This document shows, in pieces, positions 27,220 through 37,458 of a stretch of 64,000 nucleotides of DNA; the first letter of the stretch is position 1; each line of letters begins with the position of its first letter. The translations under genes and the position numbers were made by a program. The stretch is from Paludibacter sp. (GTDB taxonomy: Bacteria > Bacteroidota > Bacteroidia > Bacteroidales > Paludibacteraceae): NCBI GenBank assembly GCA_034928015.1, contig JAYFPF010000036.1:15669-79668 (forward strand), in the 5' to 3' direction. Under the pieces are notes generated by a model. It was not told the origin of the DNA. It saw only the letters and a program-made list of their open reading frames with translations, and searched no databases.

Positions 27220-28191
27220 ATGATAAGAAAAATTTATGTATTACTGATAATCGCGTCGTTTTTTTCTTGTAAACAACAGGCAAAGCCGCTTGCTTCAAAT
27301 GAAAATGCAGTTAATATCCCGGTCTTTTCTGCTGATTCGGCATATCAATATATACAAAAACAGGTTGATTTTGGTCCGAGAGTTCCAAATGCGCCTGCGC
27401 ACAAGGCGTGTGCAGGGTATTTGGCCGCATCGCTCCGCAGTTTTGGGGCGGAAGTAACAGAGCAAAAGATAAAACTGACTGCTTTCAACGGCGATGTGCT
27501 GGATGCTGTTAATATTATAGGATCTTTCAATCCCGGCTCCTCACAGCGGATTTTACTTTTTGCGCACTGGGATAGTCGACCTTGGTCGGATCATGACCCC
27601 GACCCGAAAAATTATACCAAACCTGTGTCGGGAGCTAATGATGGGGCAAGTGGAGTAGGCGTGTTACTTGAAATAGCCAGACAAATGGGTTTGCAATCGC
27701 CCCGTTTAGGTGTGGATATAATATTTTTCGATGCGGAAGATTACGGAGCTCCTGAAAATTACAGGGGTGATGCGGTCGATTCATGGTGTCTGGGTTCACA
27801 GTACTGGGCGAAAAATCCGCATGTACAAGGTTATCGGGCTAAATTTGGAATTTTACTGGATATGGTAGGTGCAAGAGATGCCAAGTTTTATCGGGAACAT
27901 ATTTCTGATTATTACGCACGCAATGTAGTGGATAAAATCTGGAATACAGCTGCAAATCTGGGCTTTGATAAGTATTTTATCAATAAGTCAGGAGGCTCTG
28001 TAACAGATGACCATTTGTATGTGAATCAGATTGCCGGAATTCCCAGCGCTAATATTATACAGTATGACCCACTGAGTGAAAAAGGTTTTGGTGATTACTG
28101 GCATACGGTAAACGACAATATGAGCAATATTGATAAGGAAACTTTGTTTGCCGTTGGTACAACTGTGCTGCATGTGGTTTATAATGAATGA
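27220..28191 (+). CDS. M28-family glutaminyl cyclase lipoprotein (Bacteroidetes Q-rule enzyme)
   Basis: Lipobox FFSC; FGPRVPN, AHWDSRP, GANDGASGVGVLLE, FFDAEDYG, LLDMVG, DDH, YWHT. Confidence 0.85.
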   Translation: MIRKIYVLLIIASFFSCKQQAKPLASNENAVNIPVFSADSAYQYIQKQVDFGPRVPNAPAHKACAGYLAASLRSFGAEVTEQKIKLTAFNGDVLDAVNIIGSFNPGSSQRILLFAHWDSRPWSDHDPDPKNYTKPVSGANDGASGVGVLLEIARQMGLQSPRLGVDIIFFDAEDYGAPENYRGDAVDSWCLGSQYWAKNPHVQGYRAKFGILLDMVGARDAKFYREHISDYYARNVVDKIWNTAANLGFDKYFINKSGGSVTDDHLYVNQIAGIPSANIIQYDPLSEKGFGDYWHTVNDNMSNIDKETLFAVGTTVLHVVYNE

Positions 28192-28200
28192 TAATTTTTA

Positions 28201-28506
28201 ACCATATAAGTCAATTAAGTTACATATAAGCTTTTTATATAAATTATCACTATTGTCCGGAAAAAAATATTAGATTCTTCGCTATGCTCAGAATGACAGT
28301 TCTTTATATTGATTTATGCAAGAGAGGGATTAGCTGGAGGCAAAGCTGTCAGCTAACCCTCTCTAAAAGATAAATTCTCGATTGTCATTTCGACCGAAGG
28401 GAGAAATCTATGTTGTAAAATATTTACCGGACAACAATGAAAAATTATAAGGTGATAAGCAAAAACGCAATAATAACTTATATGTAACTTAATTGACTTA
28501 TATGGT
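28201..28506. repeat. palindromic element with perfect 30-bp inverted arms, interrupted by a MITE
   Basis: ACCATATAAGTCAATTAAGTTACATATAAG (28201-28230) is the exact reverse complement of 28477-28506. Confidence 0.9.
28248..28439. mobile_element. 192-bp MITE with ends of the IS4 element at 46514-47946
   Basis: Right end TTTACCGGACAACAATG is identical to the IS4 IRR; left end CACTATTGTCCGGAAAA matches its reverse complement at 14/17. Flanks ATAAATTAT / AAAAATTAT form an 8/9 target duplication. Confidence 0.82.
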
Positions 28507-28516
28507 ATATTTAAAT

Positions 28517-29593
28517 ATGAAATACAAAAAGATAGCAGTAAAGATAGGAAGCAATGTCCTGACCAGACCGGATGGAACACTGGATATCACCCGGATGTCG
28601 GCGTTGGTGGATCAGGTGGCTGCATTGCACAAAAAGGGAGTTGAAATCGTGTTGGTTTCATCCGGTGCTGTAGCTTCGGGGAGGAGTATTATGGGAGTGT
28701 CGAAGAAAATGGACGTGGTAGATCAACGTCAGCTTTTTTCGGCAGTAGGTCAGGCTAAACTGATTAACCATTACTGGGATTTGTTTCGGGAGCATGGGAT
28801 TACGGTAGGGCAGGTACTCACCATGAAAGAGAATTTCAGCAGCCGCCGGCATTATCTCAATCAGCGGAATTGCATGCAGGTGATGCTTGATAACAAAGTT
28901 ATTCCCGTTGTAAATGAGAATGATACTGTCTCTGTTTCGGAGCTGATGTTTACTGATAACGACGAATTGTCCGGACTGATTGCCTCGATGATGGATATGG
29001 AAGCATTGATTATCCTGAGCAATATTGACGGTATTTTCAATGGATCACCCGATGATCCCAATTCAAAGGTGATACGGGAAATCAGAAAAGGCGAAGATGT
29101 GTCTGATTTTATTCAATCTTCGAAATCATCTTTCGGGAGAGGAGGTATGGCAACCAAGACATCTATAGCGCGTAAAATTGCTGATGAAGGAATAGAAGTC
29201 TACATTGCCAACGGAAAGAAGGAAAGTATACTGATTCGGTTGTTGGATAAAAAATCGGACGTGGTATGCACACATTTCGTAGCGTCCTCGGATACCGTAT
29301 CTTCTGTAAAGAAGTGGATAGCCCATAGTGAGGGTTTTGCCAAAGGTGAGATACATGTGAATGAAAATGCCGCGAAAGCGCTGACAGGAGAAAAAGCAGT
29401 CAGTTTGCTTCCCATTGGAGTTACGGCAATCTCAGGAGAATTTGAAAAAGATGATATAGTAAAAATTATAGATGAAAGCGGGAAATTTCTGGGTGTTGGT
29501 AAAGTCCAGTACGACAGCGAAAAAGCCCGCGAACTAATCGGGAAAAAAAATCAAAAACCGATAGTACATTGTGATTATCTATATTTAGAATAA
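28517..29593 (+). CDS. proB: glutamate 5-kinase
   Basis: IAVKIGSNVL, LVSSGAVA, SAVGQ, NENDTVS, FTDNDELS, GRGGMATK, C-terminal PUA domain. ATG 28517 preferred over TTG 28493, which lies inside the repeat. Confidence 0.95.
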   Translation: MKYKKIAVKIGSNVLTRPDGTLDITRMSALVDQVAALHKKGVEIVLVSSGAVASGRSIMGVSKKMDVVDQRQLFSAVGQAKLINHYWDLFREHGITVGQVLTMKENFSSRRHYLNQRNCMQVMLDNKVIPVVNENDTVSVSELMFTDNDELSGLIASMMDMEALIILSNIDGIFNGSPDDPNSKVIREIRKGEDVSDFIQSSKSSFGRGGMATKTSIARKIADEGIEVYIANGKKESILIRLLDKKSDVVCTHFVASSDTVSSVKKWIAHSEGFAKGEIHVNENAAKALTGEKAVSLLPIGVTAISGEFEKDDIVKIIDESGKFLGVGKVQYDSEKARELIGKKNQKPIVHCDYLYLE

Positions 29594-29596
29594 ACT

Positions 29597-29624
29597 AATA
29601 TGTTACTTATATGACTTATATGGT
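29597..29624. repeat. solo right arm of the ACCATATAAG element
   Basis: aatatgttacttatatgacttatatggt between proB and proA. Confidence 0.75.
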
Positions 29625-29638
29625 TTAAATAAAGTATT

Positions 29639-30871
29639 ATGAACTGGAAACAAAACTCCCTCAACGCTTCGCGTACATTAAATTTAGTAACTGACGACAC
29701 CATTAATCAGGTATTACTGGATCTGGCTGATGCTGCCGTTGCCAATACTGGTCGTATCCTGACTGAAAACGTAAAGGATTTAGCCATGATGGATAAATCG
29801 AACCCGATGTACGATCGTTTGTTGTTAAGCAAAGAACGCATCGAAGGTATTGCTGCCGATATTCGCAATGTGGCGAGTCTGCCTTCTCCGATCGGTAGGG
29901 TGAAAATGGAAACTGATCGTCCTAATGGAATGAGAATTACGAAAGTTAGTGTGCCTTTCGGGGTGATTGGAATTATATATGAAGCCCGTCCGAATGTCAG
30001 TTTTGATGTATTTTCGCTTTGTCTCAAATCCGGGAATGCCTGTGTGCTAAAGGGTGGAACAGATGCTTATAACTCAAACAGAGCTATTGTGGGTCTGATT
30101 CAGGAAGTGTTGGTGAAGCATGGCCTGGATAAAAATATCGTGACCCTGCTTCCTGCCGGAAGAGAAGCCACAGCCGAATTGATGAACGCAGTGGGTTATG
30201 TGGATTTGATTATTCCGCGGGGAGGAAAAGGACTGATTGAATTTGTGCGAGATAACTCCCGAATCCCTGTGATTGAAACAGGTGCAGGCATTTGTCATAC
30301 TTATTTTGATGAATTCGGGGATATGGAAAAAGGTAAATCTATCATTTTTAATGCTAAAACCCGCCGGGTAAGTGTTTGTAATGCATTGGACTGTTTGGTG
30401 ATACATACATCCAGACTGAAGGATCTACCAGCTTTATGTGCAAAATTAGCAGAAAAAAAGGTGATTATTTATGCAGATGAACCTTCTTATGCTGTTTTAA
30501 AAGATAATTATCCATTTTTAGAGCATGCTGTTGCGGAAAGTTTCGGAACCGAGTTTTTAGACTATAAAATGTCGATTAAAACCATTTCGTCCGTTACCGA
30601 AGCTGTTGACCACATTTCAGTTAACAGTTCCAAACATAGCGAATGTATCATCAGTGAAAACGAACGAAATATTCGGTATTTTGAAAAAATGGTCGATGCA
30701 GCCTGCGTTTACACCAATGTTTCGACTGCTTTTACCGATGGTGCACAGTTTGGTCTCGGTGCTGAAATCGGCATCAGCACACAGAAAATGCATGCACGTG
30801 GCCCCATGGCATTAGAAGAGCTTTGCTCCTATAAATGGATTATAAAAGGTGACGGGCAAACGCGTTCTTAA
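29639..30871 (+). CDS. proA: gamma-glutamyl phosphate reductase
   Basis: [61 protein letters not shown]. Confidence 0.96.
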   Translation: MNWKQNSLNASRTLNLVTDDTINQVLLDLADAAVANTGRILTENVKDLAMMDKSNPMYDRLLLSKERIEGIAADIRNVASLPSPIGRVKMETDRPNGMRITKVSVPFGVIGIIYEARPNVSFDVFSLCLKSGNACVLKGGTDAYNSNRAIVGLIQEVLVKHGLDKNIVTLLPAGREATAELMNAVGYVDLIIPRGGKGLIEFVRDNSRIPVIETGAGICHTYFDEFGDMEKGKSIIFNAKTRRVSVCNALDCLVIHTSRLKDLPALCAKLAEKKVIIYADEPSYAVLKDNYPFLEHAVAESFGTEFLDYKMSIKTISSVTEAVDHISVNSSKHSECIISENERNIRYFEKMVDAACVYTNVSTAFTDGAQFGLGAEIGISTQKMHARGPMALEELCSYKWIIKGDGQTRS

Positions 30872-30922
30872 ATCCTTAAATATAACATTCACAGCTTTGT
30901 AATTAAAATATTTTTCGATTTT

Positions 30923-30954
30923 TTTGCATATTCGAAAATATTTGTTTTCCTTTG
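30923..30954 (+). promoter_or_regulatory. promoter for the RRM gene, implying a ~130-nt 5' UTR
   Basis: TTTG (30923-30926)-N20-TTCCTTTG (30947-30954). Confidence 0.55.
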
Positions 30955-31090
30955 TCGCTGAGAATGATGCGTAATATATCGCAAGGTTATTTCCGACTCT
31001 TACCTAAGGGCAGGTTTTGTTTTAACCAGAACGTTTGTTTATGCTGTTCTTAAAAGGTTTATTTTATTCATTTTATTTTTTTATTTTTTT

Positions 31091-31333
31091 ATGAACATTT
31101 ATGTAGGTAACTTAAGTTACAGAGTCCGTGAAAATGACCTGCAAGGGGTTATGGCCGAATACGGTCAGGTACAATCATGCAAAATCATCAAAGACCGTGA
31201 AACAAACAAATCAAAAGGTTTTGCTTTCGTAGAAATGGATGATGCAGGTGGCGAAAAAGCTATTGCAGAACTGAACGGAGCTGACCTGGACGGTCGTACC
31301 ATGGTAGTTAAAGAAGCCAGACCAAAAGCTTAA
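31091..31333 (+). CDS. RRM (RNP-1) RNA-binding protein
   Basis: RNP2 IYVGNL, RNP1 KGFAFVEM, LNG...GRTMVVKEARP. Confidence 0.93.
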   Translation: MNIYVGNLSYRVRENDLQGVMAEYGQVQSCKIIKDRETNKSKGFAFVEMDDAGGEKAIAELNGADLDGRTMVVKEARPKA

Positions 31334-31355
31334 CAAACTTTCTGATTCAGGAATT

Positions 31356-31392
31356 AAACTTCTGTTGTCCCAGGTGATAGCAGGAGTTTTTT
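31356..31392 (+). terminator. intrinsic terminator after the RRM gene
   Basis: aaacttctgttgtc-ccaggt-gatagcaggagttt followed by a T-run. Confidence 0.7.
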
Positions 31393-31463
31393 AGTTTTAT
31401 ATATATCAGGGTTTATATCGATTAATTATTTAATCACATAAGTAACAATAGTTAACATGATTT

Positions 31464-32339
31464 ATGAAGATTAAAGGCATTTTCGGCCATTCCGGCTTAG
31501 GTTCGAGAGTTCTCCAACTGGTAGGAGTTTCGTTGTTTTTTATGTTGTTGTTTTCTCTGATTTCGCTTTGGATAACAAACGGAAATCTGTCGGACATCAG
31601 TTCAATTAAGCTGGCTCAGTTTATGCAGTCAATGGGTTTGTTTGTCATCCCGCCATTTTTATTGGCTTACTTGTGGAGTGAAAAACCGCTTGAGTATCTT
31701 CAGGTCGATCGTAAACCTTCATCAAAGGACGTACTGGTGGCTATAATCATCATGCTTTCTGCTGTGCCGGCTATTAACTTGCTGGGAGAAATAAACCACG
31801 CTATTCATTTTCCGGATTCTTTGTCATGGCTTGAAAATCAACTGGTTGATATGGAGGAAAAAGCGGAGGACCTTACACTCAGGATGCTGGATGTCGATAC
31901 CCTGACCGGTTTACTGATTAACCTTGGGCTGATAGCCATTATTCCCGCTGTCGGCGAAGAACTTTTTTTCAGGGGAATCCTGCAGCAAATATTGCAAAAC
32001 AAATTCAAAACTCATGCTGCGGTATGGATTACCGCCATCATTTTCAGTGCCATTCACTTTCAGTTTTTTGGCTTTATTCCCCGTATGTTGATGGGAGCCT
32101 TGCTTGGGTATATGTTCCTCTGGACAGGTAATATCTGGGTGCCGGTGGCAGCACATTTTACCAACAATGCTGCTGCGGTATTGTATTATTACTTCAAAGG
32201 TGATGGCGCTCAACAAGCCATGGACCTCGAAAATATCGGGAAGTCGGAAACGTATTTTGCCGGAATTATCAGTATGATGTTGGTTTCGTTGCTGATTTAT
32301 TATTTCAGAAAGCACACAAAACGCTCTTCTGCAGTTTAG
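31464..32339 (+). CDS. CPBP/Abi (CAAX-type) intramembrane metalloprotease
   Basis: PAVGEELFFRG, FSAIHF, AHFTNN; multiple transmembrane segments. Confidence 0.92.
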   Translation: MKIKGIFGHSGLGSRVLQLVGVSLFFMLLFSLISLWITNGNLSDISSIKLAQFMQSMGLFVIPPFLLAYLWSEKPLEYLQVDRKPSSKDVLVAIIIMLSAVPAINLLGEINHAIHFPDSLSWLENQLVDMEEKAEDLTLRMLDVDTLTGLLINLGLIAIIPAVGEELFFRGILQQILQNKFKTHAAVWITAIIFSAIHFQFFGFIPRMLMGALLGYMFLWTGNIWVPVAAHFTNNAAAVLYYYFKGDGAQQAMDLENIGKSETYFAGIISMMLVSLLIYYFRKHTKRSSAV

Positions 32340-32342
32340 CGA

Positions 32343-32741
32343 TCAGACTTTAACTGTTCTTCTTTCCCTGACAATCATCAACGCTTCTTCTTTGATGTCT
32401 TCGGGAAGTTCTATTTTCCGGAGCTGCAAACTGCGCAGCCATCCGGCAACATCACTTTCTTTCAGGGTGTAAAAAACATCTGCAAGCTGATTCTTTTGAT
32501 TGTCCGTAAAAGAGGATGGGCTTACTCCGGATAGTTCATCCAGTTCCTCATCATCATAATACACGATGTCGCAATCCGGATTTAAAAGAGAGTCTTTATC
32601 GCATACCTCATGTGCGCCGCAACATTCTTCATCCATTTCGAATTTTATCTCAACCTCCTCTGTTTTCTTTTTCCGGTTAAGATAGGTGAACAGCATTAAC
32701 AGCCCTGCTCCGGCAACTAAAACTATGATAAGTACCCACAT
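32343..32741 (-). CDS. conserved Bacteroidales hypothetical membrane protein
   Basis: N-terminal TM helix, ECCGAHEVC, YYDDEELD, WLRSLQLR. Confidence 0.75.
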   Translation of the reverse strand: MWVLIIVLVAGAGLLMLFTYLNRKKKTEEVEIKFEMDEECCGAHEVCDKDSLLNPDCDIVYYDDEELDELSGVSPSSFTDNQKNQLADVFYTLKESDVAGWLRSLQLRKIELPEDIKEEALMIVRERRTVKV

Positions 32742-32756
32742 TTTTATAGATTCTTA

Positions 32757-32867
32757 AACCACAAAAGGAAATTCAAGAAGCAAATAACGAATAGTGAAAA
32801 TGTAAGTTAGCATAACATTTCCTTACAATCATTAATTTAAAATTTTTCTTTTGTGCCTTTTGTGGTT
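32757..32867. repeat. short inverted repeat pair (repeat-element remnant)
   Basis: AACCACAAAAGG (32757-32768) / CCTTTTGTGGTT (32856-32867). Confidence 0.5.
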
Positions 32868-32887
32868 ATATTAAATTAAATTCACCG

Positions 32888-32925
32888 CAAAATTACGCAA
32901 TTGTAGTTGAAATTAGCTATTTTTG
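32888..32925. promoter_or_regulatory. back-to-back -7 boxes of divergent promoters
   Basis: CAAAATTA (minus-strand TAATTTTG, 32888-32895) and TATTTTTG (32918-32925). The ORF-track TTG start at 32923 lies in the box, so it is probably not the real start. Confidence 0.6.
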
Positions 32926-33012
32926 TACGTTAAAAATACAATAGAAAAGCTATTTTTCAGTTTTAGAAGCATGTTAAACCAGGTTCCTGAAATTGGTAAA
33001 ATCAACTCAATT

Positions 33013-35805
33013 TTGAAGCAAAAACACCTGCATATTTACTGCATGCTGGCATTACTGCTCGTAATGTCGGGATGTTCCATGAATAAGAACACCTGGACCG
33101 CCCGGACTGTTCAGTCGGTGAATACACGCTTCAATGTTCATTTCAATGGAAAAGTTAGCTATGATGATGCTATCAAAGCCATTCGTGAAGCCAATAAAGA
33201 TGATTTCGGTCAGGTTATTCCGATGTATCCCATTAGTAATCATGAAAATGCAACTGCAGGAACCAGTCAGCTGAACAGAACCATTGAAAAATGCCGCAAA
33301 GCGATTAAGACCCGTTCAATTAAAGTTAAACCGGAATACAATCGTCGCAAAGCAGGTAAAAAAGGTTACAGAGAATTCATGAACAAGGAAGAATATAATC
33401 CCTTTATGCATGAAGTTTGGTTGTTGTTGGCAAAGGCCGAATTTCACAAAGCTGATTTTCTCGGTGCCGTGGGTACTTTCAATTACATTGCCCGTCATTT
33501 TAAAGAAAATGAAAATCTTGGGGTGACTTGTCAGTTGTGGGTAGTCCGTTCTTATGCTGAAATGGGATGGATATATGAAGCTGAAGATTTGTTGAGTAAG
33601 CTGAATCAAAAAAACTTAAGAGGCGATAATGTTGGGCTTTATGCGTCTGTATATGCCGATTTGTTGTTGAAAAAAACACAATACAGAGAAGCTATTCCAT
33701 TCCTGGAAATGGCCTTGGCGAGAGAAAAGGATAAAGCGCTGAAAACGCGGTTTTCTTATTTGCTCGCGCAGTTGTATGAACAAACCGGAGATAAAAGAAA
33801 AGCGCATGATGCTTATTCTGCACTGATAAAGAAAAATCCTCCTTATGAAATGGCTTTTAACGCGACCATCAGTAGAGCCGGATTATTCCTGGATAATATG
33901 CAGAACATTCGCCGAGATTTGTTGAAAATGACCAGGAATTTCAATAACAGGGATTACCTGGATCAACTGTATTACACAATCGGGAAGTCGTACCTGCATG
34001 AAAAAGATACGGTAAAAGCATTGGAGTATTTTCATGAAGCAGTTGAGAGCAGTACGCGTAATGGGATCGACAAGGCGGTTGCTTTGATATTGATGGGTGA
34101 CCTGTACTATGCAAAGAAAGAGTATGTGAAAGCGCAACCAAGTTATGATGAAGCTTCGAAAATAATTAGCCTCGATCATCCGGATTACCCCCGTGTATTC
34201 AAAAGGGCGGAAGTCCTTTCGGAGTTGGTTGTTCAGTATGATATCGTGGTGTTGCAGGACAGTTTGCAAAGACTTTCAGCCATGTCGGAAACAGACAGGC
34301 TGAAGAGTATCAATGCCTATATTGCCAGACTGGAACAGGAAGAAAAACTGGCTGCTGAAAAAGAGGAAAAAATGAGGCAATTGCAGGAGACAAATCAGGA
34401 GCGTGCCAGTCAGGTAGCTGCTATGCCCATGTTAGGTGGTGGAAATTTGCAGGGGGAATGGTATTTTTACAATCCGAATCTGATTCGCAGTGGACAAACG
34501 GAATTTCAGTCCCGTTGGGGAAGACGTAAACTGGAAGACAACTGGCGCCGCATCAATAAGTCTGCCGTGTTGTTTGGTGATGAGCCTGTCAATGGGCAAC
34601 CGGCAACCGGCGCTTTGCTTAACGATTCAATCCCTGTGGCTGATAGTGGAGAATTAGCTGAAGGCGATCCCCAACAGCAGGGTGAAGCACTTGCTGATAA
34701 TAAAAACCCGGCGTACTACCTCCGGCAGATACCGGTAACCCAAGAGCAGCTTGCCCGTTCGAGTCAGCTGTGGGCTGAAGCTTTGTTCAACATGGGAATG
34801 ATTTACAAAGATAAACTGGAAGATTTGCCATTGTCGATTGCCACTTTCAGGGAATATATGAACCGTTTCGGTGAATATGAGTTGGTTCCGGATGCATTGT
34901 ATCAGTCGTATCTGATGCACACCCGGTTGTTTCAGGTTACAGAAGCTGAATCTGTAAGAGAAAAGCTGATAGCAGATTATCCCGACAACCGGTATGCACA
35001 GTTGCTTGCGAATCCGAATTACATTGAAACGAAACAGCAAATGTTTGCCGAGCAGGATTCTATCTACCGGATTGCTTACGAAGCGTTCAATAAAAATGAT
35101 TTTGAAAAGGTCTTTGGTCAGGTTCAGTATGTGGAAGAAAAATACCCGATGAGTACCTTGATGCCTAAATTCCTTTTTCTGAGAGCGCTAAGTGTTGGTA
35201 AAACACAGCAGCCGGAACGATTTGAAAAAGCGCTTACTGAATTGCTGGATGCCTATCCAACCAGTGATGTGAGTTCTATTTCAAAGGATATGCTCGCTTT
35301 GATAAAGCAGGGCAGAGAGGCACAACAAGGTACAACCCACGGTACCATCCTGGCTCGCCGGGAAGTACAGGTGAAAGTAGAGAACGGAGATACCGTTACC
35401 AGGGCTTTCAGTCCGGATAAAGAAACTATGCACCGGGTTATGCTGATATCGTCGGAGCCTGAAGAGTCATTATATGCACTTCAGTTTCAACTGGCTGTGT
35501 TCAATTTTTCACGTTTTTTACTGAATGATTTTGAATTGAATATCAGTAAGGTTGATGTGTCGAGAAATGTGTTGTCGGTTTTCAATTTCGACAATTATGC
35601 TGATGCGGCGTGGTATTTGGAAGCCATCGCCGAGGATGCTGAAATTGTGAAGCTGATGAAGGATCTGAAAACATTTCCACTGGTAATTTCCGACCATAAT
35701 TATGCGCTGACAAAATCCGGATTTACATTGGATGACTACCTGACGTACCGGTCGTCTTTGGAATCTGCAAAAGAATCAAATAAAGAAAAAACAGATATAA
35801 GATGA
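33013..35805 (+). CDS. porW: T9SS TPR lipoprotein PorW/SprE
   Basis: TTG 33013 gives MKQKHLHIYCMLALLLVMSG-C; CSMNKNT...NTRFNVHFNG, many TPRs, WYFYN...WGRRKLEDNWRR; overlaps porX. Confidence 0.72.
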   Translation: MKQKHLHIYCMLALLLVMSGCSMNKNTWTARTVQSVNTRFNVHFNGKVSYDDAIKAIREANKDDFGQVIPMYPISNHENATAGTSQLNRTIEKCRKAIKTRSIKVKPEYNRRKAGKKGYREFMNKEEYNPFMHEVWLLLAKAEFHKADFLGAVGTFNYIARHFKENENLGVTCQLWVVRSYAEMGWIYEAEDLLSKLNQKNLRGDNVGLYASVYADLLLKKTQYREAIPFLEMALAREKDKALKTRFSYLLAQLYEQTGDKRKAHDAYSALIKKNPPYEMAFNATISRAGLFLDNMQNIRRDLLKMTRNFNNRDYLDQLYYTIGKSYLHEKDTVKALEYFHEAVESSTRNGIDKAVALILMGDLYYAKKEYVKAQPSYDEASKIISLDHPDYPRVFKRAEVLSELVVQYDIVVLQDSLQRLSAMSETDRLKSINAYIARLEQEEKLAAEKEEKMRQLQETNQERASQVAAMPMLGGGNLQGEWYFYNPNLIRSGQTEFQSRWGRRKLEDNWRRINKSAVLFGDEPVNGQPATGALLNDSIPVADSGELAEGDPQQQGEALADNKNPAYYLRQIPVTQEQLARSSQLWAEALFNMGMIYKDKLEDLPLSIATFREYMNRFGEYELVPDALYQSYLMHTRLFQVTEAESVREKLIADYPDNRYAQLLANPNYIETKQQMFAEQDSIYRIAYEAFNKNDFEKVFGQVQYVEEKYPMSTLMPKFLFLRALSVGKTQQPERFEKALTELLDAYPTSDVSSISKDMLALIKQGREAQQGTTHGTILARREVQVKVENGDTVTRAFSPDKETMHRVMLISSEPEESLYALQFQLAVFNFSRFLLNDFELNISKVDVSRNVLSVFNFDNYADAAWYLEAIAEDAEIVKLMKDLKTFPLVISDHNYALTKSGFTLDDYLTYRSSLESAKESNKEKTDIR

Positions 35806-37349
35806 AGAAAGACAGAATTTTATGGGCTGATGATGAAATTGACTTGCTGAAAGTCTATGTGCTTTTTCTGGAAGAAAAAGGATATGAGGTGGTTACGGCA
35901 TCCAATGGCAAAGATGCGGTGGATTTGTGTAAAAAAGAAAGTTTTGACATCATCTTCCTGGATGAAAACATGCCGGGTTTGAGCGGATTGGAAACCATTC
36001 CGCTGATTAAGGAAATTCATCCGAATGTGCCCCTGGTCATGATTACGAAAAGTGAGGAGGAAAATCTCATGAATATGGCTATTGGCAGCAAAATTGCCGA
36101 TTATCTCACCAAACCGGTAAATCCCAGTCAGATTTTGCTGACTTTGAAGAAAAATATTCATAAAAAAGAAATCCAGACTGAACATACCACTTCAACCTAT
36201 CGCTCTGAGTTCGGACGAATCGGGATGCAAATCAATGATTCATTAACTTATGATGATTGGGTGGAAGTGTATAAGAAGTTGGTTTACTGGGAATTGGAGT
36301 TGTCGGAAACAGACAGTGGCATGGACGAAATGCTGCGCATGCAGAAAACGGAAGCCAACAGTACTTTTAATAAATTCATCAAAAAGAATTATATCGACTG
36401 GTTTAAAAATCAGGCTAACAGACCCTTGTTAAGTCCGGATATTTTTAAAACCAAGGTTTTCCCTCTGTTGGATGAAGGTGAAAAAGTGTTCTTTGTGCTG
36501 ATTGATAACTTCCGTTTTGACCAATGGAAAATAATCCGTGAAATGTTGAATGAATATTACAATTTCACGGAAGAAGGACTGTATTCGAGTATTTTACCAA
36601 CTGCTACGCAGTATGCACGAAATGCAATTTTCTCAGGTCTGATGCCTGTTCAGATTCAGCAGATGTTCCCGGATTTATGGGTGGATGAAGAGGAAGAGGA
36701 AGGGAAAAATCTGAATGAGAAAGATTTGATTCAAACTCAATTGCAACGTTTCAGAAAAAATTATGCTTTTTCATACAATAAGGTAAATGAATCGTCTTAT
36801 TGTGAAAAATTGATCGAAAGATTGCCACAGCTGGAAAATAACCAATTGAATGTTTGTGTGTTAAATTTCATAGATATGCTTTCCCATTCACGTACGGAAT
36901 CCAAAATGATGCGTGAACTAGCCAACGATGAAAACGCCTATCGCTCATTGACAGTGTCGTGGTTCAGACATTCGGGTACACTTGAATTGCTGAAAGCCAT
37001 TGCCCGCAGAGGGTACAAAGTTATTCTGACTACCGACCACGGAACTATTCAGGTGAAAAATCCGATCAAGGTCATAGGAGATAAAAATACCAATGTGAAT
37101 TTGCGGTATAAAGTAGGTAAAAACCTGAGTTATAACCGGAAAGAAGTTTATGAGATATCCGATCCCAAACAAATCGGGTTGCCCAGTCCGAATGTAAGTT
37201 CAACCTATATTTTTGCCGGCAATGAAGATTTTTTTGCTTATCCGAATAATTACAATCATTACGTGAGTTATTATAAAAATACATTCCAGCATGGTGGCAT
37301 TTCGTTGGAAGAAATGTTGATTCCGCTGATTGTGATGCAACCGAAATAA
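35802..37349 (+). CDS. porX: T9SS response regulator PorX (receiver + PglZ domain)
   Basis: ILWADDEIDLL, FLDENMPG, IDNFRFDQW, SILPTATQYARNAIF, TTDHGTI, FQHGGISLEEM. Confidence 0.93.
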   Translation: MKKDRILWADDEIDLLKVYVLFLEEKGYEVVTASNGKDAVDLCKKESFDIIFLDENMPGLSGLETIPLIKEIHPNVPLVMITKSEEENLMNMAIGSKIADYLTKPVNPSQILLTLKKNIHKKEIQTEHTTSTYRSEFGRIGMQINDSLTYDDWVEVYKKLVYWELELSETDSGMDEMLRMQKTEANSTFNKFIKKNYIDWFKNQANRPLLSPDIFKTKVFPLLDEGEKVFFVLIDNFRFDQWKIIREMLNEYYNFTEEGLYSSILPTATQYARNAIFSGLMPVQIQQMFPDLWVDEEEEEGKNLNEKDLIQTQLQRFRKNYAFSYNKVNESSYCEKLIERLPQLENNQLNVCVLNFIDMLSHSRTESKMMRELANDENAYRSLTVSWFRHSGTLELLKAIARRGYKVILTTDHGTIQVKNPIKVIGDKNTNVNLRYKVGKNLSYNRKEVYEISDPKQIGLPSPNVSSTYIFAGNEDFFAYPNNYNHYVSYYKNTFQHGGISLEEMLIPLIVMQPK

Positions 37350-37357
37350 AGACAAAT

Positions 37358-37446
37358 GTCAAATTAAAGTCTAAAGTTTAAAGTTTAACGACAGTATTTA
37401 TCATTTATAACATCTGAAATCATACATTTGACTATAGACTTTAGAC
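37358..37446. repeat. inverted 7-nt periodic arrays between porX and argF'
   Basis: gtctaaa-gtttaaa-gtttaac ... atttgac-tatagac-tttagac. Confidence 0.65.
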
Positions 37447-37458
37447 CCCAAGTAGAAT

